Assembly: GCF_037042905.1 (NCBI RefSeq)
Contig: NC_087247.1
Location: 34,472,001 to 34,536,000 of the forward strand
Origin: Lytechinus pictus
Lineage: Eukaryota
Length of the DNA stretch: 64,000 bases
Direction: 5' to 3'
How positions within the stretch are numbered: position 1 is the first letter of the stretch; every line of letters starts with the position of its first letter. A model generated the notes under the pieces. That model was not told the DNA's origin, ran no database searches, and was given only the letters and a program-made list of their open reading frames with translations. Below are positions 12,224 through 24,768 of the stretch, piece after piece. The position numbers were made by a program, and so were the translations under genes.

Positions 12224-15200
12224 GTAAGATATTGACTTTATCTGGGTTGGGACAAAATGATTTTTTCTGGTTTCAATGGTTTGGTACAAAGCTTTAGATG
12301 CAGAGCAGTAAAATTTTATAATTACAGAACACATGAGAAGAATGAGTGAAAGCATAATGTGCCTCTTTTTTACTTGTATTTGCTTACTTTTATCAGAGAA
12401 TTGATAAATTTTTTTTCTGCTGAAATTTGTTTTTAAAACATTGTGTAATTGGTATACTTTAACTGTATGTTGTTAATTTTATTCAATGTAAGAGATGTTC
12501 ATAGGATGTAATTTATCATATTCCTATTTATTGGTGTGTATGATTGAAAATAACCTTATATGTCTTTATTTTACAGTGACCCCACTTGATGTGGTGAAGA
12601 TCAGACTACAAGCACAGGCTAAGCCCATGCAGAGTGGTAAGTAATGTATTGACCACTGACCTGTAGTTTAAGTTATAGGAGCTTGCATTTTTGTCTCGCC
12701 TGCATAGCATAGCAAGACTATAGGCGCCGCTTTTCTGATGGCGGCGGCGTGGTCAACATTGAAATCTTAACCAAGGTTAAGTTTTTGAAATGTCATCTTA
12801 ACTTAAGGAGTATGTGGACCTAGTTCATGAAACTTAGACATAAGGATAATCAAGTGTTACTGAACCTCCTGCCTTAGTTTTAGGTCACATGACAAAGGTC
12901 AAAAGTCATTTAGGGTCAATAAAATTAGATCATATTAGGGGAATTAACATAGAAATCTTAACCAGGTTAAGATTTTGAAATGTCAATTCAAAGGTCTCCA
13001 TGGGGACCTTTGAATTTTGTTGATTACATATGTAGGGATGCAAATAATTTGTTACATGATTTACAAACTCTCATGTCAGATCGCGAAACCTTGCGTACCA
13101 TTGTTGATTCATTCTTGGATGCACCCGATTTGTAGTGTAGTAGATACTTAATTCAAAAAGTATTAAATGTATTAAGGAATACCTATTTCATAGCATTTGA
13201 AATAAAAATTTGAAGTGTAAATTTTAATACTGATGCATAGTAAGATCATTCATCTTCAAAATAAAGTGTATTTGATTGTTTCTGTCACACATGTGTAGGT
13301 CAGTGTTTTTTCTACTGTAATGGACTTATGGACCATGTATGTAGATGCCTCAATGGCTCTCAACCAGGAACAGCCGCTCCATGGTACAAGGCACCTAGCA
13401 AGTTTAATGGCACCTTGGTATGTCCGCATATTCCATTTCTATAAATAGATAAGAATTAAAATTGATGCGTTTCAATGGTCTCCACAACCATCTCAAATTT
13501 AGTATTGGAATGCATTAAGACACCAAGAACTATGGGCTAGGGCAACACAGATTTGGTTTCCAAATTTGTGTGAAGCTTTAAAGAAAACTTCATGAAATTT
13601 CACAGATTATTGTGAAAAATGTCAATTTAGGGTTAACCTCAAATTTCCATGTATATGTAGTTTGTACACTTTGAAGCATACAAGGAGTGGGATATGAATT
13701 GGGAGGGTCCTAAACCTCCTCTAAATTCACATTGTGTTCTTGATTAGAATGATATATATTACAGTTTAAGAATCAAACTTCATTTTACACTTTTTGGTTA
13801 CGTCATTGTTCCGAAACTGACACAAACTATATCACAATATAAATTGGTGTACATACGTTTTAACATTGGTTCTTTAGGTTATCACATAGTGTACATGTAA
13901 TAAGCAGAAGTTTACTAACCGAAGTTTGCTGATTAATCTGACCTGAACGTTTATCACTTTACAGGATGCCTTTGTGAAGATTGCAAGAAATGAAGGAGTT
14001 TTCAAGTTATGGAGTGGTCTCTCTCCAACACTGTAAGCTCACCTATTCTTGACTGCATATAGTGATATCACATATGGCTATAGAACTTTGCTTGTTTGTA
14101 GATTTTATCTAACTGGTACGTGCAGGTTACACTTTTGTTAGGTTTGACAGCTTTAGTGTATTGTTGTGACTTGCTGTTCAAAACAAGTAAATGAGTTAGC
14201 CAGGCTAAGGGCCATGCTGGGATATCACAACTACCATGTATCATTGTACAAACTTCTGTGATATTCATATCAAAGAAGTATATATCTTTGAAACATTACT
14301 TTATTACATACATGTCTATAATTTGATTTGTATTTAGTAATTTTTTAGATCATGCATCCACAAAGTCTCTCTTCCTTGAAATGAATCCAATCTGTGTAGA
14401 ACATGAAGCAATTGCATTTCCTCCTTTCTTTCCATAGTGTGATGGCAGTACCTGCAACCATCCTGTACTATACCTCCTATGATCAGCTGAAGTACCATCT
14501 TGACTACAAGCAGGGTGTCAAGGGAGAGCTATGGAAACCAATGGTAGCAGGGGGCGGTGCTAGATGTAAGTCATTTCCATTTGTCTTTCACCCAGTATAG
14601 GCTCATACATACATGGCCCGAAAATGCTTAACAACAACGTTTGGAAACATTTTGTGTACAAAGTCAATGGGGAATAAACTTGGAAAAATGTAATAGAGAC
14701 CTTCAACAAAAGCCAGTGGACGGATAGAATTCTTAAGAAGATTGGCGCAAAGTAGTTTGGTCAGAGTTGTGCAGAGAAATCTGTGACATCATTCAATACA
14801 GTACAATGTCATAATGAAACAATTGATGATGTCATTAGCTTGTTCTCGTAATTCTGAACAATGTTTTGAAACTTGAAGCATACAGTATATTCATTTTTGT
14901 CAGCTTCACAGGGGTGATTTCCTCATGTCTAAACACTATGGTTTGTATTCTGATCCCCAGTTCAATTTAAGGACGTTCCCCTGTTGTGTTTGCATTCTGA
15001 CCTGCGCATGTTTTACAAAAATGATTGCATGCTTTTGCTATTAGTTTTGAAATGCCATCCTACCATTAGGAAAGATTCTTAGAGCTTTTCATTAGGAAAT
15101 TAGGAAATGCTTCCTATTCCTAATCGTTCCTTAATTTATCTTTGTATTTGTACTGTTCTCTCTCTCTTTTACTGCGCCTTGGGCACTCTGCAGAGTGGAT

Positions 15201-18200
15201 TTGGCGCATTACAAATCACATTTATTATTATTATTATTATTAAATTGTGGTGTTACATTGTCACAATTTTTTAATGAATCATACAGCAAGACTCTTGGTA
15301 TGTGGAATATCATTATCTTCATACTACATATTACCTCAAACAATTGCAGACATGGCATTGACTCTCACTGCCTTTCTTTCCTTATTACAGTATTTGCCTG
15401 CACTGTAATTGCCCCACTTGAGCTTATACGCACCAAGATGCAGTCCCGTCCTTTGACCTATGCTGAGATGGTAGGGTGTGTCCGCACAGCTGTCACAGAA
15501 GAGGGCATCATGTCGTTATGGAGGGGGTGGAGTCCTATGGTCTGGAGGGATGTGCCTTTCTCAGGTTTGCAAAAAGATTTTTTTAACGGTTTATTCAATT
15601 CACACTGATTTAAAATGATAGTTTTCTCCTTTTTATCATCAGGAATGTAATGGAATTTCACAATGAATTGAATTATATTTTCTTTAGCAAAGTTAAAAAA
15701 TCTTTCTTATAAAGTTGAGATGTTGCCAGTGTGTAAATTAAACAATGGAGTAGTCGGTGATGCTTTTAGATAGATGCATAAATCAGTTGTGAAAAAAATG
15801 AAAGGAGAAAGGGGAAGGATGTTGGATGTAAGACTTGTCTTTAATAAGTGAGATCATTGGTATTGTTTTTAGAAATGAAGATGAAGGCCAATTCAAAACA
15901 ATATATACATATAACCCTAATTCGTGTCACTTTCCTGAAGTGATCATCACAGCTTGAGGAGTTGGAAGTGAAGTCAGAATGAGGAAAATTGGGGGTTGGA
16001 CGTATAAGAAGTTTGAATGTATAATTGAATTGCCTTGAAGTCACATGCTGATGAACCAATTTAATAAATTCTGTTCATTTTTTGTCTCACCTGCATAGCA
16101 GAGTGAGACTATAGGCGCCGCTTTTCCGACGATGGCGGCGGCGTCAACACCAAATCTTAACCAAAGGTTAAGTTTTTAAATGACAGCATAACTTAGAAAG
16201 TATATGGACCTAGTTCATGAAACTTGGCCAGAAGGTCAATCAAGTATTACTGAACATCCTGCCTGAGTTTTAGGTCACATGACCAAGGTCAAAGGTCATT
16301 TAGGGTTAATGAACTTTGGCCAAATTGGGGGTATCTGTTGAATTACCATCATAACTTTGAAAGTTTATGGATCTGATTCATGAATCTTGGACATAAGAGT
16401 AATCAAGTATCACTGAACATCCTGTGCAAGTTTCAGGTCACATGATTAAGGTCGAAGGTCATGTAAGGTCAATTAACTTTGGCCAAATTGGGGGGTATTT
16501 GTTGAATTACCATCATAACTTTGAAAGTTTATTGGTCTAGTTCATAAAACTTGGACGTAAGAGTAATCAAGTATCACTGAACATCCTGTGCAAATTTCAG
16601 GCCACATGACCAATGTCAAAGGTCAATAAACTTTGGCCATGTGGGGGTATCTGGGTCATTCCATCTGGATTCACCCAGTGGTTGCACCCGACCGTCTCAG
16701 AATTCGTTGTAATTTGGTACACATAAAATTCACCATGGCCCACGTACAAAACAAAAAAATAAGTCCGATTGGTCCGTCGGTTCTCGCGCTACGGCCCGCC
16801 CTTTTCTCCTTGTTTTGACAAAAATGGGCATGACCTTCAACTTTCAATGGCCACTGCATCGTAATGTGTTGACCAATTTTCATGAAACTGGTACCATTTA
16901 TTAGGAAATTCAGAGAGGAATCCAAAACATGCATCAAATAATGTATTGGAGCGATTTATAAGGTCATGACCTTCGACCTTTACTTTGACCTTGAGTTTGA
17001 CCCCCGGACAAATAATTTTTTAACTTGATTTTCGTGTATGTTAATTATTTGTATGATATTGACAAAATATGTTAAAACCAATGATGATATTTTATGTCTT
17101 CACCTTTTAAAACTCTTCCAAAGATACCATGAAATTTCACTCTAGTCCCACATACTAATATTTATGTTAGTAAAAGTGTTTACAGTTACATGATTTCTTC
17201 CAATCTTAAGTTACAGTATGCATGCACATGAAAAGAAATTAAGCTCATCAGTTCACAAATGAAACATTAAACATTTATGCTCATGAATAGGTATCTGTTT
17301 AGGCATTTTGATGTTCAGCAATATATATATATTCTTGTTAGTAAAGAGTTAACTTTTATCATCAAATTGTTGAGTATATGCCTATTTACTAACAGGAATA
17401 TATATATATATATGTATATATATGACACATATTGCTGAACATCAAATTGCCTAAACAGATACCTATTCATGAGCATAAATGTTTAATGTTTCATTTGTGA
17501 ACTGATGAGCTTAATTTCTTTTCATGTGCATGCATACTGTAACTTAAGATTGGAAGAAATCATGTAAATGGTTAACACTTTACTAACATGAATGTCAGTA
17601 TGTAGGACTAGAGTGAAATTTCATGGTGTCTTTGGAAGAGTTTTAAAAGGTGAAGGAATAAAATATCATCATTGATTTTAACATATTTTGTCAATATCAT
17701 ACTAATAATTAACATACATGAAAATCAAGTTAAAAAATTATTTGTCCGGGGGTCAAACTCAAGGTCAAAGTAAAGGTCAAAGGTCACAACCTTATAAATT
17801 GCTCCAATACATTATTTGATGCATGTTTTGGATTCCTCTCTGAATTTCCTAATAAATGGTACCTGTTTCATGAAAATTGGTCAACACGTTACGACGCAGT
17901 GGCCATTGAAAGTTGAGGGTCACGCTCATTTTTGTCAAAACAAGTAGAAAAGGGCGGGCCGTAGCGCGAGAACCGACGGACCAATTGGACTAATTTTTTT
18001 TGTTTTGTGCGTGGGCCATGGTGAATTTTATGTGTACCAATTTACAACGAATTCCGAGAGGGTCGGGTGCAAAATTGCACATTCATTGGGTGAATTGGCA
18101 TGGAATGACCCATCTGTTGAATTACCATCATAACTTTGAAAGTTTATGGATCTGATTCATGAAAGTTGGACATAAGAGTAACCAAGTATCACTGAACATC

Positions 18201-21200
18201 TTGTGCGAGTTTCAGGTCACATGACCTTTCAAAGTTTATAGATATAGTGTATAAAATGTGGATATAGGGGTAATCAAGTATCACTGACAAGTTTTAGGTC
18301 ACATGATCAAGGTCAAATGTCAATGAACGTAGTATCAGAGATGCCAACCGTTACGTTTTTGCCGTATTTGTTACGTTTTTTCACCCAAAATACGGCGTTA
18401 CTTTTTTTCTTTGTAAAATACGTTTTCTTAAAATTTTGATCGTGTACAATATGCATTGTGTTTAGCTAGCTGGGTGTTTAAGGTGAGTGTGCATTACGAT
18501 AGGCAGTGCGGCAATGAATTACGCATAAAGAATCCCCAATGTGGTGGTGCTTTGTGCAGGGTATAAATTAAGGTATACCATAAAATTAATCGACGGCCAG
18601 GCGGTCGATGCCCCTATAACTGGCCGTGATGCCTTTACAAAAAGTGATCAATTCACGGCCAAAAAGGCCGTGCCCTTTTTTCTACCTGGCCGACGTGCCC
18701 TTTTTCAAAACTGGTCATGCCCTTTCTCTGTAAGATTAAAATTTACAAAGTTCTCCCATATTTCACAAGCAAAAATACAGAAGAGAGAGAGAAAAAAACA
18801 AAGTTAAAAACTAACTCAGATCAATTCAAACTGCAAGCCATTTTCCGTGATTTTCTGGGATCTACACACAGACACACACACACACGCAAAGTTAGCATAC
18901 AGTGTACATGTACCAGCTGCCGCACGTGGCTTGGCCTGCCTGTGTGGTGTGTGGCAGGCTTGCATGATCGGAGGAGATTTGCAAACTCTGAATCAAAGTG
19001 AACAATCTCACATGATTAACAGTTTTTCCAACAAAATAATCACAAAATCGGCAGGACATTTTTATAATTACATATATATGGATCCTCAGATTAATGATTT
19101 GGTGATGTAGTCGTAGGAGCAATTTATCAAGTTTTCATTACTAGATCGGTCTAGTTGTTTCAGCTTTTGTTTTGAGTGAAATTGAGTCTTATCGTGTTCG
19201 CACCGATAACAAGAAGATAAGACAATGGGAAGAGAGATGGTGTGATGCTGCGATGTTCATTTTATCAAAGTTTGACAATGTTTCACTTTGAAATTTTATT
19301 CGTTTCTAAAACATTTTAGTTTTCTAACAATTTTTAAATATAGTATAAAAAAGACAAATATCAGTAAGATTTTTGTTAGATGATTACATTTGTTTTGTTT
19401 GCTTGAAGCTTGAATTTTTTTTCGTCTTTAATTCTTTCTTAATTTCTTAATTGCTTTCTTTCGTTTATTTTCTTTCTTTTCTATCTTTTTTTCTTAATCC
19501 TTTCTTTTATCCTTCCTGCTTGCTTTTTTTGTTCTATCTTATTTCAAATCTTTCCTAGCTTTCTTTCCTGATCCTTTCTCTCTCTCTGTTCATTTTTTGT
19601 TCTTACTTTCCTTTTATTTCCTTTCTTCTTTCTTTCCTTATTTATTTTTGTTCCCTTCCTCTCCTCTTCTCTTTTCATTCTTTCTGTCATTCCCTCTTTC
19701 TTCTTTTCTTTCATTCTTTTCTTGCTTTCACTCTCTCTTTCGCTTCATTCTTTCCTTTTCTTTTCCTTTCCCTTATTCTTTCTTATTTTCCTTCCTGATT
19801 TTTTTCTCTTTCTTTTTCTTTTTCCATTCCTTCTTTCTCCATCCTATCTTTTCTAAAATCCCTTTTCCATTCCATCTATATTTATTTCTTATTATTTCCT
19901 AGCTTTCCTTCCTTTTTTTCTGTGTTCATTTATTTTCTTAATTCTTTACATGTCCCTCATTGTTTTTCTTCTTTCTTTCTTTCTCTTACTTTCCTTCTTT
20001 TTTTTAAATTTTAAATTTTCTTTCATTCTTTCATTTCTTAAAATTGTCTTTGCATCCTTTTCCCTTCCTCTCCCTTTTCTTTTTCTTTCTCTCCTATTAT
20101 TTTCTTTCTTTTTTCTCAAGGAATGAAAAAAATAATTTCTTTCATTCATTCTTTCATTCATCCTCCATGTTTTTTATTTTCCTTTTTTTTTCGTTCAAAC
20201 ATTCATTCATCATCCCTTCCTTTCTTTTTCTTTCTTTCTTTCTGTTTTATTTATTACAAAGAATGAAGGAAACCTTTCTTCTTTCCTTTATTATTTCTTT
20301 CATCCTTCTTTTATTCTAACTTTCTTTCTTTTTTCCTTCATTTTTTCTTTGTTTCTTCTTTTATAATTTTCAGTGATTCCCTTTTTTTATTTTGTGCCAC
20401 GGTTCGGTCGTTTTGCTTCGGTATATTTTACAAAATACTTTTTTTAAAATCAAAATACTGTTTTTTTCCTCTCAGAATACTGTTTTTGCTTTTTGGAGGT
20501 TGGCATCTCTGTAGTATTGTATCATTATATGAATGGTGTTTTTTGTGAATAATTATTTTATAGTAGTTTTCAAAGTCAGCACTGCTGCTATATTGAATCG
20601 CGTGATGCAGGTGAGATGGCCAGAGGCATTCCACTTGTTTAGATAGTTATATTCCTCTTTTCATTTTCTCATTATCTTTAGTTATATTATGGCTGAACTA
20701 TGAACCTTTGAAGGGACGAATTTGTAAAGAATATGGTCTTACAACCCCAACATTTCCCATTGCATTTTTCTCAGGAGCATTTGCTGGCACAGTGAGTATT
20801 TTAATTGAACATCATATTTGATTCTTCTAATAATCAATCACTTTCAAAATTATTCAGTAATCCAAAAAGGATTATATACTGAGGAAAATGGAAAGAAATA
20901 CATAAACAATATCCATACAACTAAAGTTGATAAACTTGACTGGATGTGTGTTGTGTTCAATTTAAGTATGATAGATGATTCATGGAATAGGTTATGTTAT
21001 TATTGTTATACTTCCATTGTATTTGAGACGAATGTTATTGACTGTACTTATATTGTATTCATACATACCTTAGTTTTATTACTTCATTTTTCTTGAAGAA
21101 AAGTATATCTTAGTTAGATGGGATAAGGTCCTAACCGTCCTGGTATATAGGAAAGATCTTTGCACTTTCTGGGGCAGTTTCACAAAGCCGTTGTAAACTG

Positions 21201-23786
21201 TGCACGACTTTACGCAGCGGGACTGGTGATCCTTTGGGGCTAGTATGAAGTTCCCAAAATTTTCCCTGGTTAAACAATTTGTTGATAATGAGAATTTTAG
21301 TCGACAAAGATCAGATTTGAACTTGAGCTGATGGGAATCAAGATGGTTTAGAAACTAATTAAGCACCCATGGGTTCCGTAACACAAAGCTTAGCAATCAT
21401 CGTAGAGCAGTTTTATTATGATCGATTGCATTGGCTACAGTGTACAATTTATCTTCAAAATCAAGTGTATAATTAATCACAAACCTTTGTGTTACCGGCC
21501 CCAGAAAGTACCACCAGTTACCCATGAAGTCATTTGAAATGTCTAATCCAGGTTTGAATTTCTTAGATAAAATGAAAAATAACTGATGTTATGTAGTTTG
21601 GGCAAGGTGATTTGAATTCAAAATCTTGTTTATGACATTGTTATGAATTTAACTTTAGATTGCAGGAGTCCTAACACAGCCTTTTGATGTATTAAAGACG
21701 CACAGACAAATAGAGATGGGGGATATTGGAGACATGAGAAGTAAGTGAAAATCAATTAATTGCACCATGATAAATATACAATTGTTTAGAAAATGGAAAT
21801 AATATGAACTTACAAATTTGTTGTGATTTAAATCAAGTAATTCTTTCATGTATTTTACAACAGCAAGGCAACATCAATTAATGAAGGCTGAAATATATGA
21901 TTTGATAACGATACTGCTGGGGGTGATGTACAAAGATGATAAAGATGATGGCAGTGTTTTATAATCTATTCCAATTTACAAGCATTTCTTGCAATGAGAT
22001 TTTTAAATAATTATCTGCAGATGACATTGACATCTCATTCATTTTTGTGAGTTATGCAGACTATATAACTATTCAGCCATTTTGGATGAGGGGAAGTTTT
22101 GGTTGGTTAAGTCTCCAGTAGGTGCATTGCATCTTTTGATTGGATTCAAGGGTAGCAGCTGGGGGGGGGGGGGGATTGTGTTCTGGTGTTTCTGACTCCT
22201 GTTTTTCATTAAAGGGGCATGGGTTTGAATCCCAGCTATGGCGTTCTTTCCTTCAGCAAGAAATTTTATCCCCAATAATTGTGCTGCACTCTACCCAGGT
22301 GAGGTGAATAATAAGTATACCAGAAAGAATTAATTCCTTGGATGCTTCACATGCTGGAGATAAAGCATGGCTATATTACAGTGTATATTGCATGCCTTTA
22401 TTTAGGCTAGATACGTGGTATTCTAAGAATGCTGCATATTATGTTGGAGCTCTTGATGAGCTGATGCTATCAAAGTGATCGCCTCTCATCCGTTTGTGAT
22501 TAAATGAGTGAGATCTTCCAGGTTAATGGCAACTGTGCCTTTTATGTTTTGAAACATGTATCATGTCAATTATGCTTCCATCTGTCTTCAAATGTCTCAT
22601 AGTTTATGACCTGCAACATTCTTGTGATGGTGCTGGCCGTCTTCAATTCCCCGTGCAGAAATGAGCTGCTTTCCTCTCCTGATGTTTAACAACCAAATTG
22701 TTTCTGTTTTGACTAAATATATTCATTTTATTTGTTGTTTTAGGGTCTAAACAAGTATCGAGTCACACACTAGCCATTATGAAGAAGTTATATGCTGAAA
22801 AGGGACTGAATGGCTTATATGCAGGTGAGTCAAACAATTTTTGTTTTTTATTTGTCTATTTTACATTGAAATTTGGCTGGTCACACATAACAATACACTG
22901 TATAAAATGTCATAAAATGCTGATTTGATGAAATATACTTTCTACAATGACACTGCTCAGTTATTTACACTTAAAATTAATTGCATTAAATTTAAATAAA
23001 TGAAATTAAAAACAATTATTATTGTAAAGAAACATTTAGAATAATCCAAGTACAATCTTACCTTTTTCCTGTGGGGGCTGATTCATTAGAGCTTCAAATC
23101 TGAATGTGAATTGTTAAATCCTTTTCTTTTGGGGTTTACGGTTTCCTAACTTAGCCTTCCTTGAGATGGAGAGTGGAGGAGGGGGACTATAAACTATAAT
23201 TAACATAGTGTGCAAAAGGGATGGGGACTGATGGGAGTTATTCCATATTCTGTCATTTTGATTCAGAAAATACCAGTTAAATTTCACAAATAGTTTGAAA
23301 ATAATATCCAGAAATTAAAATGAAATTAACAAGTATTCAATTAATTACTATTAATCATAATGAATAGTATATCCTTATCATGACCATCCTTTAAAATGTA
23401 ATGTGTTTGTGTATTACATTTATGTTTATTTCTACGACCACCTCTCTCCTGCAGACTGTGATCTCTGCTTTTTTTGTGGTATATATACATGTACACAAAT
23501 CTTATAGTTTATTTGCAGATTAAAAAAAAATCTTGCTTTGGCAATGTTGAGTTGACACATGCTTTTTAGTTGGAACAATGATTCTCTTGATTTGATTTTC
23601 TTTCAGTCTTTGAAAATCCCTATTTAATATTGTTTAGTTCTACAGTAAACATTCATCTGTTCGTCTTCCGTCTTTATCCTGTTTTCAGGTACTCTGCCTA
23701 GACTCTTCAAGATTACCCCAGCTTGTGCAATCATGATTGGTTCCTATGAACTGGGTAAATCTATCTTCGTCAAGGATGTCAAATGA
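12100..23786 (+). CDS. SLC25A40: Mitochondrial carrier SLC25A39/40 family (probable mitochondrial glutathione transporter), 10 coding exons, 347 aa
   Basis: join(12100..12223,12577..12636,13299..13417,13965..14032,14438..14565,15391..15564,20682..20791,21659..21740,22744..22824,23689..23786) = 1044 nt; all introns GT-AG and phases consistent. Three carrier signatures ([33 protein letters not shown]), family loop [15 protein letters not shown], plus RDVPFS and [14 protein letters not shown]. Probably co-orthologous to vertebrate A39 and A40. Confidence 0.95.
12577..12636 (+). CDS. SLC25A40: SLC25A39/40 coding exon 2
   Basis: [13 protein letters not shown]; ttacag acceptor, GTAAGT donor. Confidence 0.93.
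12693..12985 (+). mobile_element. Truncated copy of a Helentron-associated (HINE/DINE-1/pearl-like) non-autonomous element
   Basis: Starts ttttt|GTCTCGCCTGCATAGC…actataggcgccgc…ggcggcggc, the same head as the 16084 and 59571 copies. Confidence 0.7.
13299..13417 (+). CDS. SLC25A40: SLC25A39/40 coding exon 3 (Cys-rich matrix loop)
   Basis: [19 protein letters not shown]…[12 protein letters not shown]. Confidence 0.93.
13965..14032 (+). CDS. SLC25A40: SLC25A39/40 coding exon 4
   Basis: [22 protein letters not shown]. Confidence 0.93.
14438..14565 (+). CDS. SLC25A40: SLC25A39/40 coding exon 5
   Basis: [18 protein letters not shown]…MVAGGGAR. Confidence 0.93.
15130..15243 (+). mobile_element. 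LINE/SINE 3'-tail remnant
   Basis: Stem-loop-like tgcgcc…ggcgca followed by (tta)n. Confidence 0.45.
15391..15564 (+). CDS. SLC25A40: SLC25A39/40 coding exon 6
   Basis: [18 protein letters not shown]…[16 protein letters not shown]. Confidence 0.94.
16653..18111. mobile_element. Foldback DNA transposon with ~700-bp inverted arms and a 4-bp TSD (ATCT); possibly Sola2-like
   Basis: Termini GGGTCATTCCAT…ATGGAATGACCC. ATCT at 16649-52 and 18112-15 restores the host core gggggtatctgttgaa. Arms 16653-~17345 and ~17385-18111. Confidence 0.88.
18336..20511. mobile_element. Non-autonomous hAT-like element with 14-bp TIR and 6-bp TSD
   Basis: CAGAGATGCCAACC…GGTTGGCATCTCTG; TAGTAT at 18330-35 and 20512-17. 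Confidence 0.82.
19420..20395 (+). repeat. ~1-kb low-complexity polypyrimidine (CT/T-rich) tract
   Basis: Almost only T and C on the + strand; the F/S/L-rich ORFs here are artefacts. Confidence 0.9.
20682..20791 (+). CDS. SLC25A40: SLC25A39/40 coding exon 7
   Basis: [10 protein letters not shown]…FFSGAFAGT, donor GTGAGT. Confidence 0.92.
21659..21740 (+). CDS. SLC25A40: SLC25A39/40 coding exon 8
   Basis: [21 protein letters not shown]. Confidence 0.93.
22170..22320 (+). mobile_element. tRNA-derived SINE remnant
   Basis: Box-B-like GGTTTGAATCCC followed by body …ccttcagcaagaaattt…cccaggtgaggtga; an antisense copy lies at ~25960-26080. Confidence 0.65.
22744..22824 (+). CDS. SLC25A40: SLC25A39/40 coding exon 9
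   Basis: [26 protein letters not shown]. Confidence 0.92.
23689..23786 (+). CDS. SLC25A40: SLC25A39/40 coding exon 10 (stop)
   Basis: [31 protein letters not shown]. Confidence 0.93.
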
Positions 23787-24523
23787 GATGAATACTCTTG
23801 CCCTTGGAGTGCCATAGATGACATTTGTTTAGAGAGCTTTGAGCAATTGATACCATCCATAGGAATCATGATGCCTTATCCATTGATTTCTGACTCGATC
23901 ATGCTGAAAGCAGACCTACTATATGCAGTAATTGTTCTTCTGTACTTCTTGGAGCAATTTGCTCTTTTGGATCAATGATTGTATTTTTGTGAACAATTTT
24001 GATCATGATGCCATCGGTCATGCTGACAGTCACAATGCCCACATGCTGTGATAAGTTACTGAAGTGGATACCAGTATTAAAAACGACTTTCAGTTGACAT
24101 CCAGCAAATGGCTTCAATTATTTTACTTATATTATTATTATGAAAGTAATAATGATCATGGCAGTAATAAGAATAATAATGACAATAGTATGGGCTATCT
24201 ATGTAGTCCACCTTTTGGTGCCCATAGTGCTTAAAAAACATGAATTACTTAGTACAAAAGAGAACAACTCCACACAAAATAATGAAAATAACATATGAAG
24301 GGCACTTTATGAACTTTTTCAAGGCTGCAGTTTGGCTAACTATCACCACATACCAGTGTATTATATTGTGCTCAGTTCATGTAGAAGTAAAAGATATGTT
24401 AATTTCTTTTACTTTCAAAATGTGCAACATTTATCAACTTGCTACTTGCTTGTACCGGACACAGTCTTCCCAATTGAGATTTATGAGATTTAGTGTATTC
24501 ATGGCTATGTGATATTGTATTTT

Positions 24524-24768
24524 TGTGCCTCTGCCCACCGTAGCTCGTTGCCAGAAGCATTATGTTTTTCGGTTGTCTGTAAGTCCATCATGATAATTAA
24601 AGAACGGTTTAACTTAATAGTTGGTCCAAGTATGCATGTAGGAGTAGTTTGGTGGATCACAAGGTCAAAGATGAAAGGTCATAGAGGTTGGATAGGTAAT
24701 ATTTTCTTGATCTGGCAATGATAGAGGCATGAATTCTTACCGTGTGCAGTTGAGAAACCATCTAATTT
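24524..24768 (+). mobile_element. Degenerate HINE/pearl-like element (second family)
   Basis: tttttGTGCCTCTGCC… with aaggtcaaag core and 3' …agaggcat; T-run insertion. Confidence 0.45.

Larger units (their letters stand above)
16084..20638 (+). mobile_element. Helentron-like non-autonomous element with ~160-bp internal core repeats, hosting two nested insertions
   Basis: Subterminal inverted repeats GTCTCACCTGCAT (16084) and ATGCAGGTGAGA (~20605), insertion into a T-run, GGC microsatellite and tandem core repeats. Ends match the uninterrupted copy at 59571-60295. Confidence 0.75.

Noticed and set aside
16200-16650. Regularly spaced repeats resembling a CRISPR array
   Set aside because: Contiguous ~160-bp tandem cores without unique spacers, in a eukaryotic TE, with no cas genes.
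19597-20319. F/S/L-rich and K/R/E-rich ORFs
   Set aside because: Translations of a low-complexity CT tract inside a TE within an intron.
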